From positions 1 to 20,053 of the forward strand of contig CAWCTR010000027.1 in NCBI GenBank assembly GCA_963798485.1: a stretch of DNA of 20,053 nucleotides. The letters run 5' to 3'. Position 1 is the first letter of the stretch, and every line of letters starts with the position of its first letter. The position numbers were made by a program, and so were the translations under genes. Of this stretch, positions 1 through 9,205 are shown in pieces. Source of the DNA: an uncultured delta proteobacterium. GTDB lineage: Bacteria > Desulfobacterota > Desulfomonilia > UBA1062. Below the pieces are notes generated by a model that saw only the letters and a list, made by a program, of their open reading frames with translations, did no database searches and had not been told where the DNA came from.

Positions 1-141
1 CGGGCAAACCTGCCCCTTTTCCTTATCCACTCTCCAGCAAGTCCAGCATGTTCTTTTTGGAGATCTAACCACACGCGCATTTCTCAATGAAGCGGCGCTG
101 AATCGGTCAGGCCTCCTGCTCAGATCGATAGAGGAAAAAAG

Positions 142-273
142 ATGAGAGAAAAAACTATTATTAAGACAGATTTAACAGAGAAGAAAGCGAGTAGTTTGGA
201 GAACCGGCCCAAGCGGCTTCAGAGCATAAAAGAAGCGGCAGAGCGGAACAGGATGAAGAATCATTCGGCATAA
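142..273 (+). CDS. Possible 43-aa small hypothetical protein (MREKTIIKTDLTEKK...RMKNHSA)
   Basis: GAGG at 131-134, ATG at 142, open to TAA at 271-273. The ATG overlaps the TGA (143-145) of a frame open from the window start. No recognisable family. Confidence 0.3.
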   Translation: MREKTIIKTDLTEKKASSLENRPKRLQSIKEAAERNRMKNHSA

Positions 274-394
274 CCACTCATTTCGCCCTGTACCAGGTTG
301 ATAAGAAGATTACCGGGTCAAGATATATTTGCCATCTCTTAACCATATTTCTGATTCCTATTGACTGGTCTGTGTTTCGGATTATGAAGTAAGA

Positions 395-2677
395 ATGGAC
401 TTGCTGTGGCCATTCATGCTGTGCGGTATGGGCATTCCCAAACCCTCGGACGATCTTTTCTACAAATGCTTTTCCATGAACCCAATCCCGGCAACCATCA
501 CTACCATCGAAGATGGTATCATTATGGAAGTGAATGATGCCTTTCTCAAGCTCAGCGGTTACCGCAGGGAAGATATCATCAAGAGGACTGCCGCTCAAGG
601 CCGGCTCTGGCCCGACTTGGGCCGGCGGGCCGATCTACTCCGGAAGATCCGGGAAAAGGGATCGCTGCGGGATGTTGAGGTGCAGTATCTGGATGCATCA
701 GGCCGGGCTCATGATTGCCTCTTGTTCATCGAGGTCATCGAGTATGGAGGCTCCCCCCATTTTCTTTCCATGGTTATTGATATCAGCGACAGGAAGCACA
801 AAGAAGAGGCATTTCATGCCGCTGAGTCGCGTTACCGTGCCATGGTGGAAAATACCCTCAGCGGTGTTGCAATATTCCAGGCGCTGCGAGAGGGTGAAGA
901 CTTTGAATACCTCGATTTCAACAGGGCGGCAGAACGGATCGACAGTATAAGAAGGGATGAGGTTATCGGCCATACCTTGCTTCAGGCCTTCCCCGGGTCC
1001 AGGGCATCAGGGCTCTATGAAGCCTTGCTAAGGGTTTGGAGAACAGGTGAGGGGGAGTATCTGCCGGTTTACTTCTATCGGGATGAGAGGATAACCGGGT
1101 GGCGGGAAAGCTTCGTCTACAAGCTGCCGTCCGGTGAGCTTGTGGAGGTCTACTCGGACCAGACGGCACGCGTTAAGGCGGAGGAAGAACTGTTGGAACA
1201 CAGGAGAGAGCTCTTAACCCTTATGAGCAACCTGCCCGGCATGGTCTATCGCTCAAAGAACGATATCGACTGGACCATTGAATCCGTGAGTCAGGGATGC
1301 TTTAAGCTGACGGGTTACACCGCGAGTGAGCTTATTGGGAACAAAAGGGTCTCTTATGGGCAGATCATCCACCCCGAAGACCGTGATATGGTGTGGACCG
1401 AGGTCCAGAAAGCCCTGGAAAAAAGGGATCACTTCCAGATCGTATACCGGATCATCACGGAAAATTATGAGGTAAAGTGGGTGTGGGAGCAGGGCATCGG
1501 TGTATTCTTGCCGGGAGATGAACTCGGCTACCTTGAAGGGTTTGTTGTTGACATCTCCGCCCATAAAAGGATTCAGGAAGAACTCAGGGTAAGCGAGGAG
1601 AAGTTCACCAAGGTGTTTCATGCCAGCCCGGACTGGGTGTCCATAACCACTCTGGATGACGGAATCTACATCGATGTGAACGAGGGGTTTCTTTATTGGT
1701 CCGGCTATAAGCACGAAGAGGTGATCAATCATACTTCATTGGAGATCGAGATCTGGGAAAAAACTGAAGACCGGGTAGGGATTATCGGGAAGCTGAAAGA
1801 GCAAGGCTGGGTAAGGAACGAGGAGGTTAAGTTCAGAACAAAAACCGGAAAGTTGCGGACTGTCCTGTGGTCTGCAGTAACAATCACCCTGGAAGGCCAG
1901 GAATGCATCCTGGGGCTGGGCCGTGATATCACCGAGTACAAGTATCTTGAGAGTGAACTCCTTCGCGCGCAGAAGATGGAGGCGGTAGGCAGGCTTCCGG
2001 GAAGTATCGCCCATGACTTCAATAATTATCTGGCAGCGATCGAGGGGTTTTCCGAACTCGTATTGCTCAAGATCGGCAATGCCGAAGCAGTGACAAAGAA
2101 CATCGGAAAGATCAGGGACGTGAAGAGCTCGGCATCAGCGCTCATCAGACAGCTCCTCTCCTTCAGTAGAAAGCAGCCGACCAGACCGACGGATGTGGAT
2201 ATCAATGAGGTGATTGAGGGTATGCAGGGGCTGTTGGTGACGGTGATGGGGTCCAAGATCAACCTTAGGCTCATACTCGACAAGAAGAAATGCCTGGTGC
2301 TCGGCGACCGAAGCCAGCTCGAGCAGGTGGTTATGAACCTGTCACTCAATGCAAGAGACGCAATGCCCAAGGGCGGCACATTTACCATTGCAACGGCCCA
2401 TGTGCGCATAGATGAACAGACTACAGGCAGGTATGTGGAGCTGAACTCAGGAGAGTATATACAATTGATCATGGACGACACAGGTCTCGGCATGGATGAG
2501 GAGACGGCCTCCCATGTCTTTGACCCCTATTTTACCACCAAGGCCGACAGCAAGGGGAGCGGGCTTGGGCTTACTACGGTATACACTATTGTGAAACAAT
2601 TCGGCGGCAGCATCCGGTTGCGCACCGAACCCGGCAAGGGGGCCATCTTCACGATATTATTGCCGGCATATAAATAA
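395..2677 (+). CDS. Multi-PAS (4 PAS/PAC) sensor histidine kinase, HisKA + HATPase_c, no receiver domain
   Basis: 760-aa ORF with PAS/PAC repeats ending in DIS/DQT/DIS/DIT. H-box AQKMEAVGRLPGSIAHDFNN, N-box QVVMNLSLNARDAM, G1 DTGLGM, F-box FDPYFTTK, G2 GSGLGL. The start could be the ATG at 416 or 428. Confidence 0.93.
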   Translation: MDLLWPFMLCGMGIPKPSDDLFYKCFSMNPIPATITTIEDGIIMEVNDAFLKLSGYRREDIIKRTAAQGRLWPDLGRRADLLRKIREKGSLRDVEVQYLDASGRAHDCLLFIEVIEYGGSPHFLSMVIDISDRKHKEEAFHAAESRYRAMVENTLSGVAIFQALREGEDFEYLDFNRAAERIDSIRRDEVIGHTLLQAFPGSRASGLYEALLRVWRTGEGEYLPVYFYRDERITGWRESFVYKLPSGELVEVYSDQTARVKAEEELLEHRRELLTLMSNLPGMVYRSKNDIDWTIESVSQGCFKLTGYTASELIGNKRVSYGQIIHPEDRDMVWTEVQKALEKRDHFQIVYRIITENYEVKWVWEQGIGVFLPGDELGYLEGFVVDISAHKRIQEELRVSEEKFTKVFHASPDWVSITTLDDGIYIDVNEGFLYWSGYKHEEVINHTSLEIEIWEKTEDRVGIIGKLKEQGWVRNEEVKFRTKTGKLRTVLWSAVTITLEGQECILGLGRDITEYKYLESELLRAQKMEAVGRLPGSIAHDFNNYLAAIEGFSELVLLKIGNAEAVTKNIGKIRDVKSSASALIRQLLSFSRKQPTRPTDVDINEVIEGMQGLLVTVMGSKINLRLILDKKKCLVLGDRSQLEQVVMNLSLNARDAMPKGGTFTIATAHVRIDEQTTGRYVELNSGEYIQLIMDDTGLGMDEETASHVFDPYFTTKADSKGSGLGLTTVYTIVKQFGGSIRLRTEPGKGAIFTILLPAYK

Positions 2678-2807
2678 GGTGGTTCTTCCCTCTCTCGAGC
2701 TCCTCAATGATCCGAGTATGCTTAACTTAAGATGCCTGTTTTTTTTCACATCCAGGGCAATTTATGATATGAATATGTGAATTGAAAACCTACCAGAGGA
2801 GGCAATC

Positions 2808-3527
2808 ATGGCTGTTGTGGAATGGAAAAAGGATAGGACTGTTGCCATCCTGATCATGAACACCGCAGAAAACAGGCACAACCCCACCTTCGCTGCCGGC
2901 ATGCTCACGGCGTTGGACGAGATCGAGGCCGACCAGGAGATCAAGTCAATCGTACTATCATCGGCCGACAAGAAGAACTGGTCGCTGGGGATCGATCTTG
3001 AGTGGATGATGGGTTCTGTGTCGCGCAACGAGTCGCAGGCCATCAGGGACTTTATGTATGAGTTGAACAAGCTGTTTAAACGAATACTGACCATACCCAT
3101 GCCGGTCATCGCGGCCATGAACGGTCATGCCTTCGGGGACGGGGCCATCCTGTTCTGTAACTGTGATTTCAGGTTCATGAGGAGTGACCGGGGGTATTTC
3201 TGCTTCCCCGAGGTGGACATCAACATTCCCTTCCTGCCGGGTATGCTGGCCATGATGAAAAAGGCCATGCCCTATCACAAGCTTGAGGAGCTCGTATACT
3301 CGGGAAAGAGGGCGTCAGGCAAGGAACTCAAAGAGTGCCGCATGGTGATCAAGGCCTGCGAGGGTGAAGAAGAACTCATGAAGGAGGCCATTGCCTTTGC
3401 GCGAACCTTTGCAAAGGGCCGCACCATATTCAAGGAACACAAGTGGCGCCTCCACAAGCACATTGTGGAGACCATCGATAAAGAGGACCCTGCCTATATA
3501 GAACCCCTTAACCTGATGGTCTCATAA
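2808..3527 (+). CDS. Enoyl-CoA hydratase/isomerase (crotonase family), probably Delta3,Delta2-enoyl-CoA isomerase-like
   Basis: SD GGAGG upstream. Crotonase motifs WSLGIDL, PMPVIAAMNGHAFGDG, CDFRFMRSDRGYFCFPEVDI. Confidence 0.92.
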   Translation: MAVVEWKKDRTVAILIMNTAENRHNPTFAAGMLTALDEIEADQEIKSIVLSSADKKNWSLGIDLEWMMGSVSRNESQAIRDFMYELNKLFKRILTIPMPVIAAMNGHAFGDGAILFCNCDFRFMRSDRGYFCFPEVDINIPFLPGMLAMMKKAMPYHKLEELVYSGKRASGKELKECRMVIKACEGEEELMKEAIAFARTFAKGRTIFKEHKWRLHKHIVETIDKEDPAYIEPLNLMVS

Positions 3528-3613
3528 GGGCTTTGCAGCAAGGCGAATTTTATCCGTGCGGAGTGAAGCCCATGTATACCCGCTATTATGGCGTTGTACG
3601 GGAGACCTAAGTC

Positions 3614-4588
3614 ATGTCGAATGACAGCGGGTTTATCCCCCCACGATTTCTGCGGGGGGCCTATACACAGACCGTCCTCGCATCCGCACGGATCCGTGCA
3701 GTCGGCAGAAACCCCATGAGGGAGGCCGCCTGCGAGATGGTCATCGATGCAGGGGGGAGGGTCCGGCTCCAAGGGTTTTTCTCAGCCCAACGCACAAGAC
3801 CTGCCCTTGGCCTGGTGATCTTGCTTCATGGCTGGGAGGGCAGCGCTGAATCCACCTATGTCCTTCATTCTGGCAGATATCTCTATGATCAGGGCTATAA
3901 TGTATTCCGCCTGAACTTCCGGGACCACGGGAACACCCATCACCTCAATGAGGGGGTGTTCTACGCGATCCTGCTGGATGAAGTCTTCAATGCAGTCAAA
4001 ACCGCATCCGGCCTTAAGAGCCCTTCACGGGTATTTCTTATGGGTTTCTCCCTTGGGGGAAACTTTGCCCTTAGGATCGCAAGAAGATGCTCTGATGATA
4101 CAATAGAGAACCTTCGCCACGTTGTTGCCGTCAGCCCGGCCATAGACCCCGGTAAGGCCACCGATGCCTTGGACGCAAGCCTGCTCCTGAGGTGGTACTT
4201 CCTGAAAAAATGGAGGAGATCGCTGGCGCTGAAGCAGAAGCTTTATCCGCATCTCTACGATTTTGGAGATATCATGAATCTGGAGACGCTGCGTGCCTTG
4301 ACAGATGCCCTCCTAAAAAAATACAGCAGCTATAAGGACACACATGAATACTTCATGGGTTATACCCTTACCGGTGAATCGATGAAAGCCTTGAGCATAC
4401 CTACTACCATCATAGCCTCTCGCGACGATCCGGCAATCCCTTCGGATGATTTTTCAGGCCTTGTGCTGGGGGCTTCCACCAGGCTTTTTATGCATGACTT
4501 CGGCGGACATAACGGATTTCTTGAGGGTGTCTTCAAGCCTACATGGTATGAGAAATATGCCGGCAAGATCTTTGCTACGGTCCCCTGA
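3614..4588 (+). CDS. Alpha/beta-fold hydrolase, YheT-like esterase/lipase
   Basis: LLHGWEGS oxyanion motif, RLNFRDHG, nucleophile elbow GFSLGG, acid SRDDP, His in GGHNGF. Confidence 0.9.
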   Translation: MSNDSGFIPPRFLRGAYTQTVLASARIRAVGRNPMREAACEMVIDAGGRVRLQGFFSAQRTRPALGLVILLHGWEGSAESTYVLHSGRYLYDQGYNVFRLNFRDHGNTHHLNEGVFYAILLDEVFNAVKTASGLKSPSRVFLMGFSLGGNFALRIARRCSDDTIENLRHVVAVSPAIDPGKATDALDASLLLRWYFLKKWRRSLALKQKLYPHLYDFGDIMNLETLRALTDALLKKYSSYKDTHEYFMGYTLTGESMKALSIPTTIIASRDDPAIPSDDFSGLVLGASTRLFMHDFGGHNGFLEGVFKPTWYEKYAGKIFATVP

Positions 4589-4708
4589 GTGGCAATGGCG
4601 CCGGAATTGAGTAAAGGAAACCGATTTAATATACTTTGCCTTTGGTTATGCCGATGAATACCCTTGAAACCCTATGTTCTGAACATTATTACATGCTATG
4701 GTGGTACT

Positions 4709-5443
4709 ATGGAAAACGACAATAAAGTATATGAAACCGGTCCTTGTATCATGACCGGAAACAGTGAAGGGTGTTATAGCAGGCCTGATCCCGATGTGTT
4801 GATCAAGATCTGTGAAAACATGGTGCAGAATTGCGCCGTAGCCATCTTTGTCATTGACTCCCATCACCATGTAATCCACTGGAACAGGGCCTGCGAGGAA
4901 CTAACCGGCATCAATGCCGCTGATGTCCTTGGTACCCCCAAACACTGGACGGCCTTTTACGACCGACAAAGGCCGACGCTGTCGGACCTCATCATTGATA
5001 ACGACCTTGGGAGGATGGACGATCTCTACGTTGTCCATGGTCCTTCATTGCTGATACCAAATGGTTTGCATGCCGAAGGCTGGTACTCGAACGTGGGCGG
5101 CAAGAAACGCTATCTCATCTTCGATGCATCAACCATCTTCGGCCAGGATGGAAAGCTCCTGGGCGTCGTTGAAACATTACAGGATATTACGATACTCAAG
5201 CAGATGGAGGAGGAAAAAGAGCGCCTCAACTGCGAACTGAGGGATGCACTCAACCAGATCAAGACGCTGAGCGGGCTTATACCCATCTGCGCCGCCTGCA
5301 AGAAGATCAGGGACGACAAGGGTTACTGGAACCAGCTGGAGCAATACCTGGAGGAGCACTCGGATGCGGTGTTCAGCCACGGGTTATGCCCCGAGTGTTT
5401 CCAGGATTACTTCCCCGATGCCGCAAAGGCGAGGAAGGAATAG
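4709..5443 (+). CDS. PAS-domain protein with coiled coil and C-terminal CxxC...HxxCxxC putative Zn-binding tail
   Basis: PAS (IFVIDSHHHVIHWNRACEELTG...VETLQDIT), coiled coil, then LSGLIPICAACKKIRDDKGYW...FSHGLCPEC. The ATG at 4709 (GGTGG upstream) is preferred over the TTG at 4664. Confidence 0.85.
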   Translation: MENDNKVYETGPCIMTGNSEGCYSRPDPDVLIKICENMVQNCAVAIFVIDSHHHVIHWNRACEELTGINAADVLGTPKHWTAFYDRQRPTLSDLIIDNDLGRMDDLYVVHGPSLLIPNGLHAEGWYSNVGGKKRYLIFDASTIFGQDGKLLGVVETLQDITILKQMEEEKERLNCELRDALNQIKTLSGLIPICAACKKIRDDKGYWNQLEQYLEEHSDAVFSHGLCPECFQDYFPDAAKARKE

Positions 5444-5540
5444 GCCGTATTGCAGCCCGAGGCTTGGACCATTGCCATCACCGCCATACTAATATTTTTT
5501 GCCTCATTAAATCCGGATTTTGTATTTGAGAATCGACATA

Positions 5541-5627
5541 TTATGTAGGAGCGGCTTCAGCCGCGAGGGAAACCACGGGGGTGCACACATCTTTATCGCG
5601 ATCGCGCCTGAAGGCGCTCCTACATAA
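5541..5627. repeat. REPIN-like doublet: two inverted GTAG-type REP units
   Basis: TTATGTAGGAGCGGCTTCAGCCGCGA ... TCGCGCCTGAAGGCGCTCCTACATAA: a 26-bp inverted repeat with 2 mismatches. Each arm has an internal hairpin. Confidence 0.85.
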
Positions 5628-5708
5628 ACCAGAACCGCGAAAGGATTGGCTGCTTATATCCGAATAAGCGCTGACCAATACGTGCATAGTGACGGCGCCA
5701 TGTTATCC

Positions 5709-5754
5709 TTGGCCTCCAGGGTGCAGGCATGTATAATGAACACTGCTTCATCAT
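5709..5754 (+). promoter_or_regulatory. sigma70-type promoter with overlapping palindromic operator candidate, upstream of the second crotonase gene
   Basis: TTGGCC (5709-5714), 17 nt, TATAAT (5732-5737). Imperfect palindrome ATAATGAA-CACTGC-TTCATCAT at 5733-5754. Confidence 0.55.
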
Positions 5755-5775
5755 GACAATGGAGGTGGGGTGAGA

Positions 5776-6489
5776 ATGCCGCTTATAGAATATGTCCTTG
5801 ATGGTAGTGTTGCCGTTCTTACCATGAACAATGGTGAGAACCGGTTCAACATGACGTTCATACATGAGTTCCTCAGGGCGCTGGACGAGATTGAACAAAA
5901 TACCGATGCGGATGTACTTGTGGTGAGATCCGCCCATGATAAGATCTTCTGTAACGGCATCGACCTCGACTGGCTTATGCCTGTTGCCCGGGCAGGAGAT
6001 AAACAGGGGATAAAGGATTTCTGCTACACCCTGAACCGGCTGCTTCGAAGGATACTCCTCTATCCCATGCCCACCATTGCGGCCATCACCGGGCACGCCT
6101 TTGCAGGAGGGGCCATCATGACCTGCTGCTTCGATTTCCGGTTTATGCGCTCGGACAGGGGGTATTTCTGCTTTCCCGAGGTGGATCTCGGCATCCCGTT
6201 CTGGCCGGGGATGGTGGCCATGGTCAAGAAGGCCATACCCGCCTACAAGCTCGACGAGATGTTTTACCTGGGAACGAGGCTCACCGGCAGCCAGTGTGAG
6301 GAGCATAGGATTGTCATCAAGGCATATCCCATGGAGGAACTCATGCCCGCTGTCACAACCTTTGCCAAGTCGCTCAGGAAAAACCGGCAGTATTACCTGG
6401 CCCAGAAGGAGCGGATGAATGGACCCATCATAAAGATCATCGACGAGGAGGACCCGTTCGTCCTCGATCAGGGGCGGATACAGGTATGA
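5776..6489 (+). CDS. Enoyl-CoA hydratase/isomerase (crotonase family), paralog of 2808-3527
   Basis: FCNGIDL, PMPTIAAITGHAFAGG, DFRFMRSDRGYFCFPEVDLGIPF. GGAGG at 5761-5765 favours the ATG at 5776 over the GTG at 5770. Confidence 0.92.
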   Translation: MPLIEYVLDGSVAVLTMNNGENRFNMTFIHEFLRALDEIEQNTDADVLVVRSAHDKIFCNGIDLDWLMPVARAGDKQGIKDFCYTLNRLLRRILLYPMPTIAAITGHAFAGGAIMTCCFDFRFMRSDRGYFCFPEVDLGIPFWPGMVAMVKKAIPAYKLDEMFYLGTRLTGSQCEEHRIVIKAYPMEELMPAVTTFAKSLRKNRQYYLAQKERMNGPIIKIIDEEDPFVLDQGRIQV

Positions 6490-7550
6490 AATACCTATCC
6501 TTGTATGCTGGCCCCAGGGCGATAAAGCTCATAAGGGAGCAGGGACTCAGGCCTGATATGGTGGAGGTAGTGGCCGGGGCGGCGGGCGGGCCGAAATGGC
6601 TTGTGCTGTGCGGGCTCGACAGGGCCATCTTTTCCTCGTGGCTGATGGATCGCACACGTCCGGTCCACCTCATCGGTTCATCCGTGGGCTCGTGGCGCTT
6701 TGCCGCCCTTGCCCAGGGCATGGATGCCTATGAGAGGTTTCTTGAGGCTTACTTCTTACAGAAATACACAACCATACCGACTGCCCGGATGGTCAGCGCT
6801 GAGATAGGTAAGATCCTGGATGCATACCTCGATGAAGAAGGGATTAACAGGCTCCTTACGCACCCTTTCGCAAGGCTCAATTGCCTGGCTGTCAGGTGCT
6901 CCTGGCCGGCCTCAATGGAGAGGAAATTCATGGTGATCCTCTCAATGGTCCTGGCAGGGCTCCTGAACCTTGTGAGCCGGAGGCTCTTGAGGATCTTCTT
7001 TTCCCGGACGCTTTACTACGATGGAAGAGACCTGCCCCCGTTTTTCCGTATGGAGGGCTTCCCCATGCAGCAGGTCAAGCTCGTGGCCGCCAATGTTCAC
7101 AAGGCCGTTTTGGCCTCGGGTTCCATGCCCGTGATCATGGAGGGAATTAAGGACATCCCCGGTACGGCAAAGGGCATGTACCGGGATGCAGGGATCATCG
7201 ACTATCACCTGGATATACCCTTCAAGAGCGATTCAATTGTTCTCTATCCCCATTATATGGAACGCATTACCACCGGATGGTTTGACAAGCTGCTCTCATG
7301 GAGAAGACCCGCGGCAAAGAACATGGAAAATGTCGTCCTGCTCTGTCCGGGCAAGGCCTTTGTCGATATGCTTCCCAATAGGAAGATCCCTTCGAGGGAA
7401 GACTTCAGGGAGTACTGGCACCTTGACACCGAGCGTATCGCGTTCTGGGAAAGGGTAGTGAAGGCGAGCGCAGTCCTGGGGGAAGAATTTTTAGAGGCTG
7501 TCCACAAAGGCACAATCGTAAATCACCTCAGGCCCATAGAAGAGATGTGA
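6486..7550 (+). CDS. Patatin-like phospholipase family protein
   Basis: Gly-rich GAAGGPKW, nucleophile GSSVGSW, ASGSMP and the DAG variant of the DGG motif. ATGA overlap with the upstream gene indicates translational coupling. Confidence 0.85.
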   Translation: MKYLSLYAGPRAIKLIREQGLRPDMVEVVAGAAGGPKWLVLCGLDRAIFSSWLMDRTRPVHLIGSSVGSWRFAALAQGMDAYERFLEAYFLQKYTTIPTARMVSAEIGKILDAYLDEEGINRLLTHPFARLNCLAVRCSWPASMERKFMVILSMVLAGLLNLVSRRLLRIFFSRTLYYDGRDLPPFFRMEGFPMQQVKLVAANVHKAVLASGSMPVIMEGIKDIPGTAKGMYRDAGIIDYHLDIPFKSDSIVLYPHYMERITTGWFDKLLSWRRPAAKNMENVVLLCPGKAFVDMLPNRKIPSREDFREYWHLDTERIAFWERVVKASAVLGEEFLEAVHKGTIVNHLRPIEEM

Positions 7551-7645
7551 TTCCATGCTTTTGATGTGAGCGTTTGTATGATAAACAGATAATGAGCCTA
7601 TAGGGTATATCCGCACATGGATGTCATGGTTCCCGTGGAGGTGCT

Positions 7646-9205
7646 ATGTCCGACAAACGCTATATCATTGCTATTGATTCCGGAACCCAGAGCATCAGGG
7701 CCGTACTTTTTGACAAAGAGGGCAACGAGCTGGCCATCGAGCAGAGGGTCTTTGAGCCCTACTTCTCGCTGCATCCCGGCTGGGCGGAGCAGAGCACCGA
7801 CGATTACTGGGGCAAGCTCTGCATCGTGACGAACGGCCTCATGGACAAGATCGATATCGACAAGGCCCAGATCGCCGGCGTGGGAATCACCACCCAGCGC
7901 GGCACGGTCATCCCGATGGACAGCCAGGGAAATGCACTGCGTCCCGCCATCATCTGGCTTGACCAGAGGTCCGTAACCGATCCGCCCCCGCTCGGGATGA
8001 TGGGGACCATGCTCTTCAGCGCTGCAGGTCTGCTTGAGGCCATAAAGTATGCACAGAAGCACTCCATTTTCCTGTGGATCATGCGCAACGAGCCTGATAT
8101 CTACAAGAAGACCCACAAGTTCGTGCAGGCATCCGGCTTCTTTGTGCGCAAGCTTACGGGTGAATTCCATGACTCCTCAGGCATGGTCACCGGCATATGG
8201 CCCTTCGAGTATAACAAGCTCAGGTGGCACTCCTTAAGTCTGGCCTATACTCCGCTCGGTATAGAGAAAGGTCACTGCGTGCAGCTTTTCAGGCCCGATG
8301 AGGTCCTTGGGAGTATTACAAAGAAGGCCTCGGAAGAGACAGGCATCCCGGAAGGTTTGCCCGTGGTGGTAGGCGCCGGTGACAAGCAGAGCGAGCTCCT
8401 GGGTGCGGGCGCCATCGAGCCCACCATTGCGGAGATCAGCTTCGGCACGGCCACGGCCATGCATGTGCTCACCAGGAAATACATCAACGACAAGGCAATG
8501 AGGTTTTTTACCTGGCCTGCCGCACTACCGAACGCCTGGGATATCGAGATGTTCATCCATAGGGGTTTCTGGATGGTGACCTGGTTCAAGCAGGAGTTCG
8601 GGGCCAGGGAGGCTGTTGAAGCGGCCAAACGCGGGGTCGCGCCCGAGGTTATCTTCGATGAGGTCATCCGCACCATTCCGCCCGGCTCCATGGGCCTGGT
8701 CCTCCAGCCCTACTGGTCGCCCATGGTGTACAACAAGTTTGCAAAGGGCTCCATGATAGGCTTCGGCGCCGTGCACACGCGCGCCCATATCTACCGGGCC
8801 ATCCTCGAAGGGATCGGCTTCGAGCTTCGCAGGCTTTCAGAGGTTGTTGAGGCGAAGATGGGCGTGAGGTTCAAGGAGATCAGGGTAGGGGGCGGAGGCT
8901 CCAAGAGCGATACGGCCGTACAGATTGCCGCCGACATGTTCGGCCTTCCTGTCAGCCGCATGGCGACCTCCGAGATCTCGGCCCTGGGGGCGGCCATCGA
9001 TGCGGCAGTCGCCACGGGCATGCACGGCACCTTCGAGGATGCAGTGAAGGCCATGGTGAGAAAGGGCAGGACCTTCGAGCCCAACCCGGAAAGTAGGAAG
9101 ATCTATGATGATCTCTACCATGACGTTTATAAAAAGCTCTACACAGTCATGGAGCCGGTAAACAGGAGGATCGCCCAGATAACCGGGTATCCACCGGCGG
9201 AGTGA
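7646..9205 (+). CDS. FGGY-family carbohydrate/polyol kinase
   Basis: IAIDSGTQSIRA, PGWAEQ, GITTQR, PAIIWLDQR, GAGDKQ, SFGT, RAILEGI, VGGGGSKS, SALGAA. SD GGAGGTG. Confidence 0.95.
   Translation: MSDKRYIIAIDSGTQSIRAVLFDKEGNELAIEQRVFEPYFSLHPGWAEQSTDDYWGKLCIVTNGLMDKIDIDKAQIAGVGITTQRGTVIPMDSQGNALRPAIIWLDQRSVTDPPPLGMMGTMLFSAAGLLEAIKYAQKHSIFLWIMRNEPDIYKKTHKFVQASGFFVRKLTGEFHDSSGMVTGIWPFEYNKLRWHSLSLAYTPLGIEKGHCVQLFRPDEVLGSITKKASEETGIPEGLPVVVGAGDKQSELLGAGAIEPTIAEISFGTATAMHVLTRKYINDKAMRFFTWPAALPNAWDIEMFIHRGFWMVTWFKQEFGAREAVEAAKRGVAPEVIFDEVIRTIPPGSMGLVLQPYWSPMVYNKFAKGSMIGFGAVHTRAHIYRAILEGIGFELRRLSEVVEAKMGVRFKEIRVGGGGSKSDTAVQIAADMFGLPVSRMATSEISALGAAIDAAVATGMHGTFEDAVKAMVRKGRTFEPNPESRKIYDDLYHDVYKKLYTVMEPVNRRIAQITGYPPAE

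Noticed and set aside
5620-6306. Long antisense or alternate-frame ORFs (e.g. 5620-6306, 7598-8170, 14348-15031, 1253-1732, 2026-2493)
   Set aside because: They are shadows of well-supported genes on the opposite strand, with no motifs or start signals.
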